Part shown: piece after piece, positions 31,311 to 43,539 of the stretch | Layout of the letters: every line of letters starts with the position of its first letter | Numbering within the stretch: the first letter of the stretch is position 1 | NCBI GenBank assembly: GCA_002269645.1 | Contig: NIVC01001370.1 | Location: 186,001 to 250,000 of the forward strand | Direction: 5' to 3' | DNA from: Macrostomum lignano | Lineage: Eukaryota | Length of the DNA stretch: 64,000 bases | The notes under the pieces: generated by a model | Databases searched by the model: none | Told to the model about the DNA's origin: nothing | Seen by the model: only the letters and a program-made list of their open reading frames with translations | Translations under genes and position numbers: made by a program

Positions 31311-33375
31311 CTAATCAAACATGATTAAACTGCTACTATCGCTGACATTAACGTTCCCTTCTCGGTCGGTGAGGTTGGAATTGACGGACTGGTCCATTGC
31401 GTGTTGCTCCTCAGACTCCTCAGGCTGCTGGCTGCAGCTGCTCAGCCTATCCAGGCAGTCAGTCAATCGGCCGAATTCGGCTAAATCCGCATAGTATCGT
31501 CGAATCGTTTCATCATGCGCAGATCTCAGTTTGCGCACAACAACGCGCGCCTGCCTGCCCGAGCCGTCGGCGTCGGCAATGGCAAACTTGCCAGAAATAT
31601 CATTAACTTGTTGAGCAAAATTTTTAGCCTCAGTTTTGGCGCCAAATTGAACTTCATAGGGCTCAGACTCCGCACTGCGCAGGTAGGCTACCACATTCTT
31701 CAGGTAAGGATTATTGTCCGGCGGCTCCGCAATCCACGGCTGATTCCAGCGAAATTCCGGCTCACCAACGCGGCACGAATTTGCTGCCTCAAGCTGGCGC
31801 CGGCGCAGCTCCAAGAGTTTGCGGCAGGCCCGACTGTCGGCCTGAAAGCCGTTGAGCAGCACCCGCTCGGCCAGGTCGCGCAGCAGATTGGAATAGGCCA
31901 GCTGGAGATGCTGGCGCTCCTCGTCGGTTGTGCCCGACCGCGACACCTGCTGGCCTAGCGAGTCGATTAGGCGATGAAATCGTTGCCAAAGCTCGTCGGA
32001 TTGGACGGCGTGAAGGAAATCCACGAGTTCGATCAGATTCTCATTAGCGAATGAGCGCTGGCTAAGGTAGGACCATTTTTCCTGGGACATTGTCAGGCGG
32101 AACTCGCCTCGGCGATAACGGCTCTCCGCTGACTGCAGCAGGCTGTCCACCAGGGTGCAAAGCAGACGCCGGCCACCGCCTGACATTTGAGTCGCATGCG
32201 GATGGCAAGTGTTAGGGCATATTTGGCTAAGGCATTTCTGGTTCCGCCTCCTTACATTCCTTTTACATACCTTATGACTTCAGTCTTCATACTTAGCTCG
32301 CTCCCCATCTCTGCCTTCTGTTCTCACGTGTTTCCTTGTTTCTCTTCTCATGCCTCCCCACTTCCTTCCCGTGTCTCTATTCTCTATAGTATCTCTCCCT
32401 CTCTCGCTTTCCACCTCTCCCCTCTCTTGCCGTCTCTCCCCTCTCCTTCCCATCTCTCCACTCTTCCTGTCTCTCCCCTATCTCGCTTCACATCTCTCCC
32501 ATCTCTTGCCATCTCTCCCCTCTCCTTCCCATCACTCCACTCTCTCGCTTCCCACCTCTCCCCTCTTCCTTTCTCTCCCCATCTCGCTTCTCATCTCTCC
32601 CATCACTTGCCATTGCTCCCCTCTCCTTCCCATCTCTCCACTCTCTTGCTTCCCACCTCTCCCCTCTCCTTCCCATCTCTCCCCTCTCTTGCCATCTTTC
32701 CCCTCTCTTGCCATCTCTCCCCTCTCTTGCCATCTTTCCCCTCTGCTTCCCATATCTCCCCTCTCTTGCCATCTTTCCCTTCTGCTTCCCATATCTACCC
32801 TCTTTCCCCTCTCCTCCCCATCTCTTCCCTCTCTCCCCATCTCTTCCCTCTCCTTCCCATCTCTCCCCTCTCCTTCCATATCATTCCCATGTCTCTCGCC
32901 TCTTCCCGTTCTCAGCTTACTTGACTGCCGGGACCGGCCAGCCAGAAACGATCGCAAAGTTTTAGCAATAAAACTAGCAGAGTTAGCCACGCTCATGTTA
33001 ACAAAGTCCACCAGCCTGCGACAGAGGCCCTCGTGCTCGCAGGCCAGCAGACACTGCAGGCCGAATCGGACAGTGGGATTGTCCCCCCTGCCCGCATTGT
33101 TGTTGCCATCGCGGGCGGCCACTGCGCCGCTAGTGGCCGATTCAAGCGCTCGAATCAGCAGCACGGCCAGCGGCTGCGGCAGCGCGGTGGAACTGCAGGC
33201 GCTGACGGCAGCCTCCAGACTGGGGCACCATCTGAGGGTGATCGTTGGCTGAGCTGCTCAAGAGGCATTCGTGTGTGCGACATTGTAGCAATAGGAGTGA
33301 CAGACAGACACTAAGACAGACAGACAGGCACTAAGACAGACAGTAAGACAGACAGACAGACAGACAGACAGAGAA

Positions 33376-33468
<93 letters not shown>

Positions 33469-33471
33469 GAA

Positions 33472-33518
<47 letters not shown>

Positions 33519-35218
33519 CACAGACACACGGACAGGCACGCACACAAACAGACCTGGCCAGGTAGGTGAGGTGGGCAGAGGGCACGGCGCGCATCAGCCT
33601 CAGCATGCTGGTCTCCATAGCGGGCCAGCCGAACCTGGCAGCCAATCCGTACAGCCGGTCAGCCGTGGTGACGTTGCGGACGCCCAGACAGACCATCTGG
33701 CCGTGGGAGGCCGGCATCTCCCTGGCCAGGACTTCGCCAACGAATTTATTGGCCAGACTGGCGTCGTCGAGCTGGCCGAGGACGCGGAGCAGTTCAGCGT
33801 CAGCCGGCACCTTCAATGAGCGCCGCAGTCTGGGCCAGTCGGTCTCGCTGGCGAACGCGTCAAGCAGACAGCGCATCATAACTTGCAGGCCGGGATCGCA
33901 GCGGCGACCGAAATGAAGGGTTAAGCTGACCTGCGATAAAAATGAGACCAGTGAGAACTTCAGGATACCAATGAGACCTTCAGGTCTATTCAAGGACTAC
34001 AGGATACTATCCAAGGAGTACAGGATAACTATCCAAGGAGTACAGGATAACTATCCAAGGAGTACAGGATAACTATCCAAGGACAACAGGATACTATCCA
34101 AGGACTACAGGATACTATTTAAGGATTACAGGATACTACTCAAGGACTACAATATTCTATTCAAGGACAACAGGATACTATCCAAGGACTACAGGACACT
34201 ATCCAAGGACTACAGGATACTATCCAATGACTACAGGATACTATCCAAGGACTACAGGATAACTATCCAAGGACTACAGGATACTATTCAAGGACTACAG
34301 GACACTATTCAAGGACTACAGGATGCTATCCAAGGACTACAGGATACTATCCAAGGACTACGGGATACTATTCAAGGACTACAGGATAACTATTCAAGGA
34401 CTACAGGATAACTATTCAAGGACTACAGGATACTATTCAAGGACTACAGGACACTATTCAAGGACTACAGGATACTATTCAAGGACTACAGGACACTATT
34501 CAAGGACTCCAGGACACTACTCAAGGACTACAGGACACTATTCAAGGACTCCAGGACACTACTCAAGGACTATAGGATGCCTCTGAAACCCTTAGAACCC
34601 GCACCAAAGCGCTTAGGCCGCAGCCGCGGGCCAAATCAAAGCTCCGTTCAGCCGGCCAGGCAACCAGGGCGAACTGTTTAGCGTCGGTTGCTATAGCAGC
34701 CGCGTCGGCAACCGGATCCGCGTCGGCGTTCATAAGCTCGTCGCGATCGAGCTGCAACTCGGACACTCGCATTCCGCACACGTACTCGAACAGCGCCCCG
34801 TCCAGGCTGTAGAAATGCTTGAAAGACAGGAATTCCACTGGCGGCGTTGCGCCGGCAAGCGCCGCTGAGATGCCGGCCATTGGCTGGCTGAGTGACGCGG
34901 CGGCGTCGCGGGCGTTCAAATCGCCATCGGCTGCGGCCACTTCAACCAGCAGCGGAACTGTAGCCTGGGTGGCTGCCGATTCCGGCGCCTGCTGCGGCTG
35001 TTGCTGTTGCTGCTGCAGCTGGCGACGCCGCCGATAGGCGCTATCGCGCCGTTCGCGCCAGTCCGGCTGCAGCAAGGCGATGAAGCATTCCAGCTTCACG
35101 CGACTTGGCCATTCCTCTTGCAGTAGGCGCAACACGTAACGATCTTCCCCTTGTAGAGCGGCGGCGCCGTCCCTGGGGTAGTAGTAGTAGTAGTAGTAGT
35201 ACTCGTAGTAGTGGTAGC

Positions 35219-35261
<43 letters not shown>

Positions 35262-38200
35262 ATAATAATAATAGTAGTAGTAGTAGTAGTAGTGTTAGTA
35301 GTAGTAGTGTTAGTAGTGTTGGTAGTAGTAGTAGTAGTAGTGGTAGCAGTAGTAGTAGTAGTAGTAGTAATAATAATAATAGTAGTAGTAGTAGTAGTAG
35401 TGTTAGTAGTGGTAGCAGTAGTAGTAGTAGTAGTAATAATAGTAGTAGTAGTAGTAGTAGTAGTGTTAGTAGAGGTAGTAGTAGTAGTAGTAGTGTTAGT
35501 AGAGGTAGTAGTAGTGGTAGCAGTAGTAGTAGTAGTGGTAGCAGTAGTAGTGGTAGCAGTAGTAGCAGTAGTAGTAATAGTAGTAGTAGTAGTAGTAATG
35601 GTAGTAGTAGTAGTAGCAGCAGCAGTTGTAGTAGCAGTAGTAGTGGTAGCAGTAGCAGTAGTAGCAGTAGTAGTAGTAGTAGTAGTAGTTGTAGCAGTAG
35701 TAGTAGTAATGGTAGTAGTAGTAGTAGCAGCAGCAGTTGTAGTAGCAGTAGTAGTGGTAGCAGTAGCAGTAGTAGCAGTAGTAGTAGTAGTAGTAGTAGT
35801 AGTAGTTGTAGCAGTAGTAGTAGTAGTAGTAGTTGTTGTTGTTGTAGCAGCAGTAGTAGTAGTAGTAGTAGTACCTGCTTCTTACCTGGCCATCTGCTCA
35901 ACCGTATAGCGACCTCGCAGAGCCCAAGCAATCCGAACAGCCGGAAAATCCGGTTCAGCTAGGTGCTTCAACAATTCAGCAATATCCTCTCGAGGAGACG
36001 GAGTTCCCGTTTGCTGTTGTTGCTGTTGCTGCTGCTGCTGCGTTGGCGAACTGCGGTAGCCGTCTGCGATGACAGCAAACTGTAACAGCAGCTGACAGCC
36101 GGAGGTCATTCGCTCGAGTTTGAGCTGCAGAATAAGAAGGGAATTTAATTAACTGAACATTTTGCTACCTTTACATTTCTGACTGTCTTAGTAGTGCTGC
36201 TGTCCAGGTGTCTAAATATGTGTCTACATGTTTGTAAGTACCTACAAGCCTCTCTGTTTTATTGTCTGCCTGGTGTCTCTCTTAATGTCTGTCTTGGTGT
36301 CTGCATTGGTGTCTGTCTTGGTGTCTGCATTGGTGTCTGTCTTGGTGTCTGCATTGGTGTCTGTCTTGGTGTCTGCATTGGTGTCTGTCTTGGTGTCTGT
36401 CTTGGTGTCTGCCTTGGTGTCTGTCTTGGTGTCTGTCTTGGTGTCTGTCTTAGAATCTGTCTTGGTGTCTGCATTGGTGTCTGTCTTGGTGTCTGCATTG
36501 GTGTCTGTCTTGGTGTCTGCATTGGTGTCTGCATTGGTGTCTGTCTTGGTGTCTGCCTTGGTGTCTGCATTGGTGTCTGTCTTGGTGTCTGTCTTAGCAT
36601 CTGTCTTGGTGTCTGCATTGGTGTCTGTCTTGGTGTCTGTCTTGGTGTCTGCATTGGTGTCTGTCTTGGTGTCTGCATTGGTGTCTGTCTTGGTGTCTGT
36701 CTTAGTGTCTGTCTTAGCATCTGTCTTGGTGTCTGCATTGGTGTCTGTCTTGGGGTCTGCATTGGTGTCTGTCTTGGTGTCTGCATTGGTGTCTGTCTTG
36801 GTGTCTGCATTGGTGTCTGTCTTGGTGTCTGTCTTAGCATCTGTCTTGGTGTCTGCATTGGTGTCTGTCTTGGTGTCTGCATTGGTGTCTGTCTTGGTGT
36901 CTGTCTTAATGTCTGCATTGGTGTCTGTCTTGGTGTCTGTCTTGGTGTCTGCATTGGTGTCTGTCTTGGTGTCTGCATTGGTGTCTGTCTTGGTGTCTGC
37001 ATTGGTGTCTGTCTTGGTGTCTGTCTTGGTGTCTGTCTTGGTGTCTGCATTGGTGTCTGTCTTGGTGTCTGCATTGGTGTCTGTCTTGGTGTCTGTCTTA
37101 ATGTCTGCATTGGTGTCTGTCTTGGTGTCTGTCTTGGTGTCTGCATTGGTGTCTGTCTTGGTGTCTGTCTTAGCATCTGTCTTGGTGTCTGCATTGGTGT
37201 CTGTCTTGGTGTCTGTCTTGGTGTCTGCATTGGTGTCTGTCTTGGTGTCTGCATTGGTGTCTGTCTTGGTGTCTGTCTTGGTGTCTGTCTTAGCATCTGT
37301 CTTGGTGTCTGCATTGGTGTCTGTCTTGGGGTCTGCATTGGTGTCTGTCTTGGTGTCTGCATTGGTGTCTGTCTTGGTGTCTGCATTGGTGTCTGTCTTG
37401 GTGTCTGTCTTAGCATCTGTCTTGGTGTCTGCATTGGTGTCTGTCTTGGTGTCTGTCTTGGCGTCTGTCTTGGTATCTGCATTGGTGTCTGTCTTAATGT
37501 CTGTCCTGGTGTCTGTCTTGGTGTCTGCATTGGTGTCTGTCTTGGTGTCTGTCTTAGCATCTGTCTTGGTGTCTGCATTGGTGTCTGTCTTGGTGTCTGC
37601 ATTGGTATCTGCATTGGTGTCTGCATTGGTGTCTGTCTTAATGTCTGTCCTGGTGTCTGTCTAAGCATCTGTCTTGGTGTCTGCATTGGTGTCTGCATTG
37701 GTGTCTGTCTTGGTGTCTGTCTTAATGTCTGTCCTGGTGTCTGTCTTGGTATCTGCATTGGTGTCTGTCTTAATGTCTGTCCTGGTGTCTGTCTTAGGAT
37801 CTGTCTTGGTGTCTGCATTGGTGTCTGTCTTGGTGTCTGTCTTGGTGTCTGCATTGGTGTCTGTCTTAGCATCTGTCTTGGTGTCTGCATTGGTGTCTGT
37901 CTTGGTGTCTGCCTTGGTGTCTGTCTTAATGTCTGGCCTGGTGTCTGTCTTGGTGTCTCTTAATTTGTCTTGATATCGGTTTTAGTGACGCTTTCAATGC
38001 CTACCCTAGTGTTTTGTCTTGATGTCTGTACTAATGCAAGTCTTGGTGTTTGTCTCAATGCCTGTCTTACTGTCTTAGCGCCAGCCCGTCTGCCACAGTT
38101 CACTCACATCAGCGCCAACTCCAGTTTGATCGCAGGGCAGGCAAACGTAGCTGCAATTGAAAGTCTCAGTAGCTGCACCAACAGACGATTCAGACGAATC

Positions 38201-39097
38201 ATCCGCCCGAGGCTGCTCGCGGCAGTCGACAGACAGATCGGCCTGAGCGGACACCGCGGCCGCATCGTCTCCCAGCTCCAACAGGCGGCCAGCAACGCTC
38301 AGCCGGCCGCCGGAAAACAGCGACGGCGGTCTAATCAACAAAATCGCCAACGGAGCCTGGCAAGAAAAGTTTCGCTCGTTATTGTCGCCGTTGTCACCGC
38401 TGAGACAAGCCTCGGCCAGGTCGGTAGCTCCGCGAACGTCGCCAGCCGTCAGAGCGACCGCCGCTTGAGCCGGGTCGCAGCCGGCCTCCAGCACTAGCAG
38501 GCGGAGGAACTCGCAACGCCAACGCGGCGACAGATCGGCGATAGCATCGTCGCCGCCATATCTGACGCCGTAGATTGAGCTGGCGGCTGACGCGGCCAGA
38601 GACTGCACAGCCGGCAGGAATGCGGCATTGTTGAACTCCACACGATCCTGGCACGCCTGAGACACTCCGACGGCAGCAATGGACGACTCGACGCATTCGG
38701 CCTCTTTGTCGAGCTGCTGCGAACTCGACAAGAATCGAATAACTACAGGCTCGCAGCAGGTTGCCAACAGTTCGAAAGTGACCGGAGACGGCACCAGCGG
38801 CAGCGGAACCGACTGATCGGAGATGGACAGGCCAGGGGCCGAGGGCACTTCGCTAGCCGAGCCAGCTTTGAATGCTTTCACCGCGCGCAATCCAACTGAG
38901 AGTCCTTGAGCAGTCAGAGTCGGACTAGTTGTCCTGCCAGTTGGCACATGCTCCGACACACGTCTGGCCGCCCTAGCGGCGAATGCTATCGATAATCGTT
39001 GACGAAATGCGGCGCGCTCCTCGGACGGACTGATTAAACGGGCTCTCTTCGCATCCGGAGGCGATGATGAGGAATGGTTGGTAGGCGAGTCTGGCAT
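31311..39097 (-). CDS. ~1120-aa protein of the large 2OG-Fe(II) oxygenase-domain (P4H-like) family, apparently lacking catalytic residues. Exons 39097-38108, 36124-35886, 35172-~34590, 33930-33554, 33231-32921, 32179-31311
   Basis: Phase-consistent GT-AG model (0,2,0,2,1); the exon-3 donor is weak and uncertain. Motifs [44 protein letters not shown]...[40 protein letters not shown] and C-terminal PEFRWNQP...VVAYLRS...AKNFA...[12 protein letters not shown] follow, in order, the remembered consensus of this fungal/oomycete-rich family. Confidence 0.72.
32330..32900. repeat. CT-rich low-complexity intron filler
   Basis: ccatctctcccctct-like units. Confidence 0.85.
33295..33545. repeat. (AGAC)n intron filler
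   Basis: Direct reading. Confidence 0.93.
34000..34575. repeat. 21-22-bp intronic tandem repeat
   Basis: caaggactacaggatactatc. Confidence 0.92.
35177..35872. repeat. (AGT)n/(AGC)n trinucleotide tract filling almost the whole intron
   Basis: Direct reading; the intron is 35173-35885. Confidence 0.95.
36255..37960. repeat. 12-bp two-variant satellite (ggtgtctgtctt / ggtgtctgcatt), ~1.7 kb, intronic
   Basis: Direct reading; explains ORFs 36194, 36228 and 36259. Confidence 0.95.
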
Positions 39098-39659
39098 TCT
39101 CTAACTGTATTGATAATTGCTGCAAATATTACAGAAAACTGATTTAAATAACTGCAAATAGAAACTGCAGACCTACGAGCTACAAAAGTAACATTAAAAA
39201 GTGCGAGATCAAAGTCCAGATAAAATGCTTCGATTTACTGCATTGCTGCTAAATATTTATATTTTAAAAGATACTTCTAACGTGGCCACGTAAAGAAGAC
39301 ATGAATGTTTATAAAGCAACATGTGTGTCCGCGTTTTTCTTACCAGCTAGGCTACTACAGTATGTATCTTCACGCAATTGAAAATGCTTGCAAGGAAACT
39401 TCAAGTAATTAAATCGCATTAATCACCGTAAAACTGCTGCAATGATGGCAAATCTGATGACAAGTTGCTACTACTATTAGAATTGAAGGCTATAAAAAGC
39501 ATCTCATTCTTCATCCAAGCCAAGGAAGCAAACTAAGGATACCGGTAATCTCACCCTCTGTATTGGATAACCTCACTCGATTCTGTATATTTGATAATCT
39601 CAGCCTGGACATCCTCCTGTATCGGGTAATCCCATTCTATAAATAAAATAATCCAATCC

Positions 39660-40250
39660 AGTACACCGGACAATCTCACCCTGTATACCGGAAAATCTCA
39701 CCCTGTATACCTGATAATCTCACCCTGTATACCGGATAATTTCACCCTGTACAGCGGATGATCTCACCCTGTACATCGGATAATCGCACCCTGTATATCG
39801 GATAATCTCACCCTATAAATCGATCAAATAGTCTCACCCTGTACATCGGATAATCTCACCCTGTATATCAGATAATCTCACCCTACAAATCTAATAGTCT
39901 CACCCTGTACATCGGATAATCGCACCCTGTATATCGGATAATCTCACCCTATAAATCGATCAAATAGTCTCACCCTGTACATCGGATAATCTCACCCTGT
40001 ATATCAGATAATCTCACCCTACAAATCTAATAGTCTCACCCTGTACATCGGATAATCGCACCCTGTATATCGGATAATCTCACCCTATAAATCGATCAAA
40101 TAGTCTCACCCTGTACATCGGATAATCTCACCCTGTACATCAGAAAATCTCACCCTACAAATCGAATAGTCTCACCCTGTAAATCGGATAATCTCACCCT
40201 GTACATCGGATAATCTCACCCTATAAACCGAATAGTCTCACACTGTATAT
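39660..40250. repeat. ~22-bp tandem repeat in the DCAF17 - oxygenase spacer
   Basis: tctcaccctgtacatcggataa with variants. Confidence 0.9.
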
Positions 40251-40410
40251 CGGAAAACAAAGCTATCAAAATCCCACTGTCTATCAAAGTCAGTCAACCA
40301 TAATAACCTTCACTCTACTGCTGTTTATATTAAAGGCAGATAATTTACAAGAAAGTAAAATTTGGCAGACGAGAATAGCGAACAAAGGAAATAAAACAAA
40401 GTACAAATCG

Positions 40411-43400
40411 CTACAACAGACAGGCCAGCGCGTGCCTATAAGCCTGGCACCGATGGCTGGCAGACACCAGCACCAGGTCCCGATCGACGCACAGATTCAA
40501 TTGATCGTGCTCGCGCCATCGAAACTTCGAACCCAATTGTAAACTGGCCAATAACTGGTGACTTTTACTATCGAACAGGTGTACGCTGCCTTCAAAGCAC
40601 TCTCTGCCGGGATGGTACTGTCCGCACAGAATAGCCAGCACGCCTAATTCGTCTTCGTAGTCAACACAATGAACCGAGCGAGGATTAAAAAAGAATCCAT
40701 CGTTGTGGGCCTCCCGATGCCGCTGTCGGACCAGCCGGCCAGATCGAGTGGCAGCTTCGCCAGACCGAATCTGCTGCTCCATCTCGGCCTCGAATTGAAA
40801 TTCGGTTACTAAGCAATCTTCTGTAGCTTTCAATACGCTGACAGAGTGCAGCTGAGTCAGTATGATCCTGCCAGACTCGTCTGGGTGAAATGCAACTAGG
40901 CGATTAGTGTCGGAATCGGCGTGCTCTGGAACGGTCAGTTCGAGTCGCTTGGTAGCATTTGGGCCAGTTTTAACTAGCGGCTCAATCAAGAACAGGCCGG
41001 TATTGCCGTTGCTTCTGCTGCTACTATTGGCTGCTTTTAGTAGCAAATTATTATTACTATAGCTACAAGCAGGCGGCGAATACAGTACATGCCAAGGCGA
41101 TTTGCCGAATTCGGCTTCGCTCTGATCGCAGTCCAGCTCAAACAGGCAGGGAGGCAGGCGGCTCACAAGATAGCGAGTCACTCTGAGCTGGCCATTGTCT
41201 AATTCAAATGGCGCCAAGCCATCCAGCACAGCAGCCTCGGACAGGATCTGGTCCATATTGTACATGCGCACAGACCTGCCCGAACAGTGCACTATTAGTG
41301 CGCCTTGAACGGCCCGAATGTTTTTAGTGCCGCGAGGCGCCGCCGACGCTAAGACGCTGATTAAAGTGCCGAAGGCCAGAGCCGGAACGTCTAGGATAAG
41401 AAAGCTTTTAATGATGCTTTGCTGCCGTTGCTGCTGTTGCTGAGAGCATAGCGTGGAGTCCAGCACAACAGAATAGCCGGCATCGTACCAGTCTAGGGCC
41501 ACGAATCTGCAAATTTATAAGCTTTATTCATTTTCAAATGCAGAAAACTATCATTCTAAAATAAATTAGCAAGTTCTCCTTCTAAGCTTTCCTTAATATT
41601 AAATCCTCACCCTCACCCTCCTTTCATAGAAAAATGCTATTAAGCTTCCCCTTTCATAGAAAAATCCTATTAAGCTTCCCCTTTCATAGAAAAATCCTAT
41701 TAAGCTTCCCCTTTCATAGAAAAATCCTATTAAGCTTCCCCTTTCATAGAAAAATCCTATTAAGCTTCCCCTTTCATAGAAAAATCCTATTAAGCTTCCC
41801 CTTTCATAGAAAAATCCTATTAAGCTTCCCCTTTCATAGAAAAATCCTATTAAGCTTCCCCTTTCATAGAAAAATCCTATTAAGCTTCCCCTTTCATAGA
41901 AAAATCCTATTAAGCTTCCCCTTTCATAGAAAAATCCTATTAAGCTTCCCCTTTCATAGAAAAATCCTATTAAGCTTCCCCTTTCATAGAAAAATCCTAT
42001 TAAGCTTCCCCTTTCATAGAAAAATCCTATTAAGCTTCCCCTTTCATAGAAAAATCCTATTAAGCTTCCCCTTTCATAGAAAAATCCTATTAAGCTTCCC
42101 CTTTCATAGAAAAATCCTATTAAGCTTCCCCTTTCATAGAAAAATCCTATTAAGCTTCCCCTTTCATAGAAAAATCCTATTAAGCTTTCCCTTTCATAGA
42201 AAAATCCTATTAAGCTTCCCCTTTCATAGAAAAATCATATTAAGCTTTCCCTTCCATAGAAATGTCCCATTAAGCTTTCCCTTTCATAGAAAAATCCTAT
42301 TAAGCTTTCCCTTTCATGGAAAAATCCTATTAAGCTTCCCCTTTCATAGAAAAATGCTATTAAGCTTCCCCTTTCATAGAAAAATCCTATTAAGCTTCCC
42401 CTTTCATAGAAAAATCCTATTAAGCTTTCCCTTTCATAGAAAAATCCTATTAAGCTTCCCCTTTCATAGAAAAATCATATTAAGCTTCCCCTTTCATAGA
42501 AAAATCCTATTAAGCTTCCCCTTTCATAGAAAAATCCTATTAAGCTTTCCCTTTCATAGAAAATTCCTATTAAGCTTACCCTTTCATAGAAAAATCCTAT
42601 TAAGCTTTCCCTTTCATATAAAATCCTATTAAGCTTCCCCTTTCATAGAAAAATCCTATTAAGCTTTCCCTTTCATAGAAATCCTCCCCTTGCGCTTCCC
42701 CTTCCATAGAAATGTCCCATTAAGCTTCCCCTTTCATAGAAAAATCCCATTAATCTTCCCCTTTCATCCCACCCTTCAGCCTCCCCTTTCTCAGAAATCC
42801 CACTTTTCAGCCTCCCCTTTCATATAAATCCCACCCCTCAGCCTCTCATTCAATAGAAATCTCCCCCAAGGATTCCCCTTAATAGGAATATGCCATATGC
42901 CATGGACAAACAACAGTATCAAGCTGCACTACCGCAACCACTCACTTAATCCCTGTCCTACTAAACGACACCATCCGATCCAGCTGCAGTTGATCAGCCC
43001 AGGTGAGGCACAGCTGCAACAGGCAGTTATTTCGACTCAAAGTCAGCACGGCGGCAGAGTGGCCGCAGGCGGCCCTGTCTGGCACAGAGTAGTACACGGT
43101 CTCGCCAGACCGGGTGGACACCATCCCTTGGCGCTGAGTGATACTGGCAGCGCCTAATCCGCCAAGGCGACGCAAAGCCAGACGACCTTGTCGCCGTTCA
43201 ACAGAGCAGACTCTGACGCCGCCGTGCGGGAACACTAGGCGAGACATGAACAGCAGGGGCCGCTCTTTGTCCGAGTACAATAGTACACGACTCTGATCAG
43301 CGGACTCCTGCTCAGCATTGTCGCACGCATGATTCCTATCCTTACTATGCAATCGGGTAGTATACAATAGTTTAATTAATTGACAACCATAATAATTGCC

Positions 43401-43508
43401 AATATTCCAATTGCGATAGCGGCAACCGCGGCCTATGCGCCATTCTTCAATTAGTTTAACAGCATTGATTGGCCTCGCTAATAATGGAGGACGCTTCTGA
43501 TTGGCTGA
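40411..43508 (-). CDS. DCAF17: DDB1- and CUL4-associated factor 17, ~550 aa. Exons ~43508-42946 and 41506-40411; start codon not found in frame
   Basis: NAVKLIEEWRIG, QES, VLTLSRNNCLLQL, GIK-FVALDW, PPCLFEL, GKSPWH, FHPDESGRII, TRSGRLVR, VDYEDELGVL and DRDLVL match human DCAF17 in order. Phase-2 GT-AG intron; 5' end uncertain. Confidence 0.9.
41625..42770. repeat. highly homogeneous 30-bp satellite filling the DCAF17 intron
   Basis: taagcttcccctttcatagaaaaatcctat, ~35 copies with a long run of identical units. Confidence 0.97.
43466..43506 (-). promoter_or_regulatory. two CCAAT (NF-Y-like) boxes ~33 bp apart, overlapping the putative DCAF17 5' acceptor
   Basis: Minus strand reads tcagccaatcag and aggccaatcaa; they may be coincidental within coding sequence. 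Confidence 0.25.
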
Positions 43509-43539
43509 CTGAAAATCATTTTAACATAGCCTTTGGTCA

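Noticed and set aside
35041-37963. Poly-L/S/V and GVCL/QTPR ORFs
   Set aside because: Intronic trinucleotide and 12-bp satellites.
41634-42632. (LLSFPFHRKI)n ORF
   Set aside because: 30-bp satellite antisense within the DCAF17 intron.
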